From an uncultured Candidatus Saccharibacteria bacterium (lineage in GTDB: Bacteria; Patescibacteriota; Minisyncoccia; Ryanbacterales; 2-02-FULL-48-12), in NCBI GenBank assembly GCA_964479945.1, contig CAYZNS010000006.1:1107-65106 (forward strand): 64,000 bases of DNA, read 5' to 3'. The notes below the pieces were generated by a model. It ran no database searches. It was given only the letters and a program-made list of their open reading frames with translations, and was not told where the DNA came from. Shown one piece after another: positions 58,743 through 64,000 of the stretch (within the stretch, counting starts at the first letter, position 1; every line of letters starts with the position of its first letter). The position numbers were made by a program, and so were the translations under genes.

Positions 58743-59495
58743 CTAATTTCCTTCACTCTCTCCGCCACCATCTTCGTCATCAGCACTGTCATTGTCTTCC
58801 TTTTCCATCAATTGACCTTTTTTGATTTCTTTAACTACTTCTACCAGCGCGGCGTGCGCTTCGCGGAGCGCTGCTTTAACGTCTTCAAACGCCAGTCGCG
58901 CGTTGCCAATTGCTTCCGCAGGGTTGTCTGATTCGGGCGCGGCGCGCAATTCTGCCGCAGCTTCATCTAATTCCGCTTGCGCTGTCGCTATTGCCTCGCG
59001 CGCGTCTGCAAGAAGCGGCCGCAATGTGCTCACATCCGCGCCATCACCTTCCAGTACGTCAACACGATCCTCAATTTTATCCGCAAGCACGGATAGGCGG
59101 TTTATCGCCGATTGCATCCGCTGAATAAGGCGTTCTATATGGTTTTTAATAACCTGCTTTCGGCGCTCGGAAAGCTGCACTTTACGCTCCGCCCATTGCC
59201 GACGCAATTCTTCATGGCGATCCTCAATCTGCTGTTTCATTTTATCTCTTCGCTCGAGGGCTTCCGCTTTGCGCGCTTCAAAATTCTCGCGCATTTCTTC
59301 TCTCTGTTCCTGCATCCGCGCGCGTTGCGTCTCCATCCGCATGCGCTGTTCTTCCGATAACCCCTGTGTTACCGGATCAGGCGGCGGCGACGCATCCTGC
59401 GCGAACACAACGGCTCCATTTCCGCTCACAAAAAACAATGCAAGCAAAATGGCAAGTATTGATTTCTTGCTTTGTATGTTTATCATATAAGCCAA
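58743..59495 (-). CDS. secreted coiled-coil protein (R/E/Q-rich)
   Basis: Signal peptide ILLALFFVSGNGAVVFAQ; heptad-like charged repeats. Confidence 0.5.
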   Translation of the reverse strand: MAYMINIQSKKSILAILLALFFVSGNGAVVFAQDASPPPDPVTQGLSEEQRMRMETQRARMQEQREEMRENFEARKAEALERRDKMKQQIEDRHEELRRQWAERKVQLSERRKQVIKNHIERLIQRMQSAINRLSVLADKIEDRVDVLEGDGADVSTLRPLLADAREAIATAQAELDEAAAELRAAPESDNPAEAIGNARLAFEDVKAALREAHAALVEVVKEIKKGQLMEKEDNDSADDEDGGGESEGN

Positions 59496-59530
59496 CCATT
59501 AATTTATAATAATCTTATTATAACCATACC

Positions 59531-60865
59531 ATGATAATTACCGCAATAGAAACATCGTGCGATGAGACGGCAATTGCCGTTATTCAAACCGCCGGCGGAG
59601 GACGCGGCTTTCGCGTACTCTCCAATTTGGTGCTTTCGCAAGCTAATCTTCATGCCGAATGGGGCGGCGTGGTACCGAATTTGGCTAAACGAGAACACGA
59701 AAAAGCTTTGGTACCCATGCTTTTACAGGCATTGGACGAAACAGGGCTTTTTGAATCAAGAATCATGAATTATGAATCAAGGAAAAAAAACAAAACCCAT
59801 AATTCAAAATTCATAATTCATAATTCAATTCTAGAAAAGAATGAAGAACTTAGAAAATCTTTTGAAGCGCATATTACAAGCATCTCGCGCCCAAACATAG
59901 ATATAATCGCCGTAACGCAGGGGCCGGGGCTGGAACCGGCATTATGGGTAGGCGTTAATTTCGCGCGGGCGCTCTCGGCGCTGTGGAATATTCCGTTGTT
60001 AGGTGTAAACCATATGGAAGGACACATCGTCTCGGCGAGAATCGCCGAGACGGACGCAAAACGTAAAACGCAAAACGTAAAACTACAACTCAAAACTCAA
60101 AAACCTAAAACCTATCACCTAAAACCTATCACCTGCCCCGCGCTTGCATTGCTGGTCAGTGGTGGTCACACGGAATTGGTACTTATGAAAAAGCCGCTGC
60201 ACTATGAAATTATCGGCGAAACGCGGGATGACGCGGCAGGCGAAGCGTTTGATAAGGTGGCACGGCTTCTCGGCCTTCCCTATCCTGGAGGACCCGCCAT
60301 AGCTCAGCAAGCTGATCTATGGAATTTCCAATTTCCAATCCGCCAGCTGGCGGACAATTTCCAAACAAATTCCAAAATCAAAAATCAAAATTCCAAACAA
60401 AAATTACGAGTTACGGATTACGAGTTACGGATTACGCTCCCTAGGCCGATGATAAACACAAAAGACTTTGACTTTTCGTTTTCCGGCTTAAAGACTGCCG
60501 TTCTTTATCTCATACGAGACTTAGAAAAATGCGGTGAAAACATCAAAAAACTTCGTCCTGCCATCTGCAAAGAATTTCAAGATGCCGTGGTAGATGTGCT
60601 TGTTGCAAAAACCATCCGCGCGGCAAAGGAATATAAGGCAAAAACGATTCTTCTTGGCGGCGGCGTCGCCGCAAATAAGGAACTCCGCAAGCGCCTTGCG
60701 GAAGAAATTAAAACTCAGCTACCACGTTCTACGTTCCACGTTCCACGTTCTACTCTTACGGGTGACAACGCGCTCATGATAGCCGTCGCGGCAATGGAAC
60801 GCGCAAAACAAGCAAAAAAAACAACATGGAAAACGCTCAAACCGGACGCAAATATGCGATTTTGA
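59531..60865 (+). CDS. tsaD: tRNA N6-adenosine threonylcarbamoyltransferase TsaD (Kae1/YgjD) with four in-frame low-complexity insertions (~100 extra aa)
   Basis: MIITAIETSCDETAIAV. GVNHMEGHI metal site. LVSGGHTEL. GGGVAANKELR. Confidence 0.9.
   Translation: MIITAIETSCDETAIAVIQTAGGGRGFRVLSNLVLSQANLHAEWGGVVPNLAKREHEKALVPMLLQALDETGLFESRIMNYESRKKNKTHNSKFIIHNSILEKNEELRKSFEAHITSISRPNIDIIAVTQGPGLEPALWVGVNFARALSALWNIPLLGVNHMEGHIVSARIAETDAKRKTQNVKLQLKTQKPKTYHLKPITCPALALLVSGGHTELVLMKKPLHYEIIGETRDDAAGEAFDKVARLLGLPYPGGPAIAQQADLWNFQFPIRQLADNFQTNSKIKNQNSKQKLRVTDYELRITLPRPMINTKDFDFSFSGLKTAVLYLIRDLEKCGENIKKLRPAICKEFQDAVVDVLVAKTIRAAKEYKAKTILLGGGVAANKELRKRLAEEIKTQLPRSTFHVPRSTLTGDNALMIAVAAMERAKQAKKTTWKTLKPDANMRF
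59752..59832 (+). repeat. In-frame insertion 1 in tsaD: palindromic GAATTATGAA/TTCATAATTC element (family I)
   Basis: Encodes ESRIMNYESRKKNKTHNSKFIIHNSIL. Confidence 0.55.
60052..60134 (+). repeat. In-frame insertion 2 in tsaD (AAAACGTAAAACG / CTCAAAACTCAAAA / CCTATCACCTAAAA tandem motifs)
   Basis: Encodes DAKRKTQNVKLQLKTQKPKTYHLKPIT, right after conserved HMEGHIVSARIAE. Confidence 0.55.
60322..60440 (+). repeat. In-frame insertion 3 in tsaD: CAATTTCCAATCCGCCAGCTGGCGGACAATTTCCAAAC + CAAAATCAAAA + (TTACGAGTTACGGA)x2
   Basis: Encodes NFQFPIRQLADNFQTNSKIKNQNSKQKLRVTDYELRITL. Contains perfect palindrome CCGCCAGCTGGCGG. Confidence 0.6.
60721..60755 (+). repeat. In-frame insertion 4 in tsaD: (CCACGTTCTACGTT) tandem motif
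   Basis: Encodes PRSTFHVPRSTL. A similar ACGTTCTTCGTTACACGTTTTACGTTCTACG lies intergenic at 17480-17515. Confidence 0.5.
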
Positions 60866-60906
60866 AAGCATCTATTTGCCAAGCTTTATGGTACAGTAGA
60901 AGTGTT

Positions 60907-61137
60907 ATGAGAAAAAAGAACAGGTCACTTCCAGGGACCGTTGCATACTTTGCCAAAAACTTCAGCATTGTGATGAGTCTTGTGCTTATCTGGCGCGGCG
61001 TGTGGTATGTTCTGGACGCGTTTGACATATTTGCGTTTGCAGGCAACCATATTTTCTCGGCCGTAGGCGGCATCATCATCGGCTTACTGCTTCTCTATCT
61101 GCCGGATAAGGATTTAAAAGAGATTGAAAAGTTGTGA
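60907..61137 (+). CDS. small two-TM membrane protein
   Basis: Track ORF 60826-61137 trimmed to MRKKNRSLPG. Hydrophobic helices. Confidence 0.4.
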   Translation: MRKKNRSLPGTVAYFAKNFSIVMSLVLIWRGVWYVLDAFDIFAFAGNHIFSAVGGIIIGLLLLYLPDKDLKEIEKL

Positions 61138-61260
61138 AAATATCAAAATACATCCATTCATGCATCCTTGTGGAATCAGGGGATGTGAAAGTATTGTTTG
61201 ATCCCGGCTGGCGGAGGTGGGGATAACCCAATTCCCCTTGTCTTCCTGCGTAGACATGGT

Positions 61261-61515
61261 ATGATGCAGCGTATGGTGCAAGTAACAGAAACAACGAAAA
61301 TAAAAAACGGCTCCGTTGTGCTTCCGCGCGAACTGCGCGCAACGTGGAAAGACGCCGAAGTATTTCTGCGTTCCTCCGATGATACGATTGTTATCAAAAA
61401 AATGCAGAAAGCGCCATTTTGGAACACCTGGAAAAAGCTTGGCGCCCTGAAAACGAAAATTAACCGCAAAGATATTGATGACGCGATAACGTGGGCACGG
61501 AGACGATCAAAGTAA
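61261..61515 (+). CDS. AbrB/MazE-like antitoxin
   Basis: GSVVLPRELRATWKDAEVFLRSSDDTIVIKK is SpoVT/AbrB-type. The 3' end overlaps the PIN gene start. Confidence 0.5.
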   Translation: MMQRMVQVTETTKIKNGSVVLPRELRATWKDAEVFLRSSDDTIVIKKMQKAPFWNTWKKLGALKTKINRKDIDDAITWARRRSK

Positions 61516-61925
61516 TCTTGGACACGAATGTTCTCATATCAGCGCTTCTTTGGCAAGGAACTACCAAAGAAATATTTCAGCTTTCAAAAGATGAACAGAT
61601 TGTCATCTGTATATCGCGAGAAACGTTTGATTAATTTCAACGCGTTCTTACTTATCAAAAATTTAAAGAACACCTTGCAACCATCGGCAAATCGCCGCAA
61701 CAGGTAGCTGATGAACTTCTTGAGATAGCATCCTATTATGCGACAAATGATATCCCGCTTACCGTTATTAAAAATGATCCATCAGATAACGAATTTCTCA
61801 AGTGCGCTGCTGTTGCAGAGGCAGCATATATTGTCTCCGGCGACGCGCATCTGTTTAAGCTCAAAAAATTCCGTGGAATCCCCATTGTTCCGCCGAATAC
61901 GTTCTTAAAAATCCTCAAAGTTTGA
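61491..61925 (+). pseudogene. PIN-domain toxin gene (PIN_3/TIGR00305-like) interrupted by a single in-frame TAA at 61632-61634
   Basis: GTG start, then TETIKVILDTNVLISALLWQGTTKEIFQLSKDEQIVICISRETFD * FQRVLTYQKF...IVSGDAHLF...PNTFLKILKV. Both halves are in the same frame. Confidence 0.6.
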
Positions 61926-62025
61926 GCTCCAAATACAACTAGTCCTTCACCTTCTATATCATCCACATCCTCCCTGTCCTAGGAAAGCGGGAAGGTGGGG
62001 ATAAAATGTATGCTATACTAACCAC

Positions 62026-62709
62026 ATGCCGGATCAGGAATTGCCAAGGCGTGCGCGGAGGCGCAGAAACGGTGGACGTCTTTCAGCGCTCCTTACCAAA
62101 CACCGCGTGGAGACGTTAAGCGACAGCGTGTTCGCCATTGTAATGACCATCCTGGTACTTGATATCAAAGTGCCGGTGTTTTATTCGCCGCTTACCGATA
62201 CGCAATTGCAGCAAAGCCTGCAGAAACTCTGGCCGGTGTTCGGCGGATATGTCGTGAGCTTTTTGGTACTTTCCATGTTCTGGATGAGCCATCATGTGCT
62301 GTTCCATGCATTCTCCAAAAACGTAAACCGCCAGATCGTTTCTATCAATACGCTGTTTCTCCTGTTCGTCGCTTTCATTCCCTTCTCCACGCACCTGCTC
62401 GGCGTGTACCATGAACACCGCACCGCCATATTTATATATGGCACGAATGTGGTGATAATCGGATTGATGCTTGTCTCCATGTTCATCTATGCGCTCAACT
62501 CGCGGGAAATTAAAAACGGCCGGTTGAGCGAAGAGACCGTCCGCAAAGTAAAAACGCGTATTATGCTGCCGCCCGTATTTGCCGTGCTTGCCATGCTGGC
62601 ATCGCCCTACTCCATACCGGCAAGTTTGTTTCTGTTCGCGTTTCCTATCGTATTCAATATTATTCCCGGATCGCTAACCGCGATTGAACGAATGTTTCAG
62701 CGAAGCTGA
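62026..62709 (+). CDS. DUF1211/TMEM175-family membrane protein (putative K+ channel)
   Basis: RVETLSDSVFAIVMTILVLDIKVP is the family hallmark; 6 TM. Confidence 0.65.
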   Translation: MPDQELPRRARRRRNGGRLSALLTKHRVETLSDSVFAIVMTILVLDIKVPVFYSPLTDTQLQQSLQKLWPVFGGYVVSFLVLSMFWMSHHVLFHAFSKNVNRQIVSINTLFLLFVAFIPFSTHLLGVYHEHRTAIFIYGTNVVIIGLMLVSMFIYALNSREIKNGRLSEETVRKVKTRIMLPPVFAVLAMLASPYSIPASLFLFAFPIVFNIIPGSLTAIERMFQRS

Positions 62710-62710
62710 A

Positions 62711-64000
62711 TTATACTACCGCAATGGTCTCTGCGGCTTCATGCATCTCCGAAATCTCCGGCAGTTCCACACCAGCAGGTATTTTTTCGTAGATATGATA
62801 CTTGTTCATAAGCGTCAGCAACACGCCGTTGGTCCAGCCGAACCCGTCCTGCAACTCATACTCGCCGCCCGCGGCAAGCGATTCTAAGTCCTCTATATTG
62901 TACTTTTCAAGAAGAAGCCCCGTTTTTTCAAACACGGAAATATTAAGCGTGCACCAGCGCAGGGCAATTTCTTTGGCAAGTTCATGCGCGCCGTACCGCT
63001 CTAAACCCATTACGGTCATATAAACCATGGGCGCCCAGCCATTCGGCGCGTCCCACTGCTCGCCGGTGGTTTCCAAAGTGGTGGCCACGCCGCCCGGACG
63101 CAGAAACTTCTCTTCCACCGCCTCAATTACCCGCGCGGCCTGTTCGGTGGTAGCAGCGCCGGCAAAAAGCGGGTAGAGACCGGCAATAGTCGGCTTCGTA
63201 TTGAGTCGCTTCTCGGAGTGAATATAATCGCCGTACCAGCCCGCATCTTCGTCCCATAGGTATTTCTGAATTGCGTCTCTACGCGCTTGAGAGAGCTTAT
63301 CGTACCGTGCTGAGAGATTAAACTTGCCTTCCCGCTGATACACGCGCGAAAGCAGCTCTTCGGTGAGTAATAAGAGGCAATTTAAATCCACCGGCACCAA
63401 ATCCGTAACGCGGATGCTCTCGCGCCCGCCGCCATCCGCAAACCAGCGGGAGCTGTAATCCCAGCCCGTCTCCGCGCCCGCGCGCATGTTGCGGTAGAAA
63501 TTCGCGGACTCGTCAATGCGCCGGCCAACAGCCACATCCTCGCCAAAACTCTCCTCGCGCGGGGAGATGGAGGAATCCCAGTAGCGGTTCAGAAGCTCGC
63601 CGCCGGGCATGCGCACGACGTGCTCCGAGGTATGCGAAATTCCTTTGACAAACGCCTGCCGCTCGCTGCCCCGCATCCAATATTTGTACTCTTTGACCAT
63701 AAGCAGCCGATATTCGTCAAAAACCTGCTCGCCGCGAATCTCCGCAAGAAGCGCTACCATAAGGGAAAACACCGGCGGCTGGGAGCGCGTAAGGTAATAC
63801 GTGCGATTGCCGTTCGGTATAAATCCGTAGCGGCTGATCATATACGCGAAATTTCGAACCATGTCCTCAATAAGGTCATCCTTGCCGCTCTCACGCAGGC
63901 CCAGCATGGTAAAATACGCGTCCCAGTAATAAATCTCGCGGAAACGGCCACCCGGCGTGACGTAATTGTGCGGCAAGTCCAACAGCGACGAAAACCTGTT
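62711..64000 (-). CDS. treA: alpha,alpha-trehalase (GH37), N-terminus beyond window edge
   Basis: GGRFREIYYWDAYFTMLGL and RSQPPVFSLMV are GH37 signatures. The ORF is open to position 64000. Confidence 0.8.
   Translation of the reverse strand, partial: NRFSSLLDLPHNYVTPGGRFREIYYWDAYFTMLGLRESGKDDLIEDMVRNFAYMISRYGFIPNGNRTYYLTRSQPPVFSLMVALLAEIRGEQVFDEYRLLMVKEYKYWMRGSERQAFVKGISHTSEHVVRMPGGELLNRYWDSSISPREESFGEDVAVGRRIDESANFYRNMRAGAETGWDYSSRWFADGGGRESIRVTDLVPVDLNCLLLLTEELLSRVYQREGKFNLSARYDKLSQARRDAIQKYLWDEDAGWYGDYIHSEKRLNTKPTIAGLYPLFAGAATTEQAARVIEAVEEKFLRPGGVATTLETTGEQWDAPNGWAPMVYMTVMGLERYGAHELAKEIALRWCTLNISVFEKTGLLLEKYNIEDLESLAAGGEYELQDGFGWTNGVLLTLMNKYHIYEKIPAGVELPEISEMHEAAETIAVV

Noticed and set aside
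59531-60865. tsaD insertions as inteins
   Set aside because: Inserts are 12-40 aa, low-complexity, lack Cys/Ser1 and terminal HN. They are DNA-level repeat insertions, not protein-splicing elements.
61491-61925. TAA recoded as a sense codon (alternative genetic code)
   Set aside because: Many well-conserved genes in the window (ftsH, topA, glyA) end cleanly at TAA, TAG or TGA with standard-length products, so the code appears standard.
1-64000. rRNA genes, RNase P RNA, SRP RNA, tmRNA
   Set aside because: No stretch matching their universally conserved cores was seen (e.g. GGUUCGAAUCC-terminated tmRNA acceptor beyond the listed tRNAs).

Overview
This 64-kb window is bacterial chromosome (standard code, about 50% GC) with conserved housekeeping genes and several AT-rich or GC-rich accessory islands.

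Housekeeping genes seen directly:
- SWIM-SNF2 helicase
- ftsH
- dprA-topA
- rel
- parA-parB
- folD-glyA
- zwf/gnd
- a ccdA-thioredoxin cluster
- tsaD
- rluA-family synthase
- Na+/H+ antiporter
- trehalase

Four tRNAs are present: Leu-CAA, Arg-CCG, Val-GAC and Glu-UUC. An aberrant tRNA-like gene is also present.

The most unusual content:
1. Between tRNA-Leu and an alpha/beta hydrolase gene there is an AT-rich island. It carries relBE, a C-protein-controlled type II restriction-modification module, and a methyltransferase fused to a complete autocleavable LexA repressor (DNA-binding domain, Ala-Gly site, Ser/Lys dyad).
2. ftsH carries a 456-aa intein with a LAGLIDADG homing endonuclease in the AAA+ domain.
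3. topA and tsaD each carry several in-frame low-complexity insertions. They share a nearly identical ~47-bp segment built around the palindrome CCGCCAGCTGGCGG. A related palindrome sits in the D-loop of the aberrant tRNA-like gene.
4. At least five dispersed hairpin/MITE-like repeat families occupy intergenic regions and gene ends.
5. Toxin-antitoxin content is dense: a parDE remnant, relBE, two vapBC pairs, brnTA, and an AbrB-PIN pair whose PIN gene holds an in-frame TAA.
6. zwf and gnd are fused into one 800-aa ORF.
7. A GC-rich four-gene cassette of unknown function is flanked by one repeat family.

No CRISPR array and no rRNA were found.
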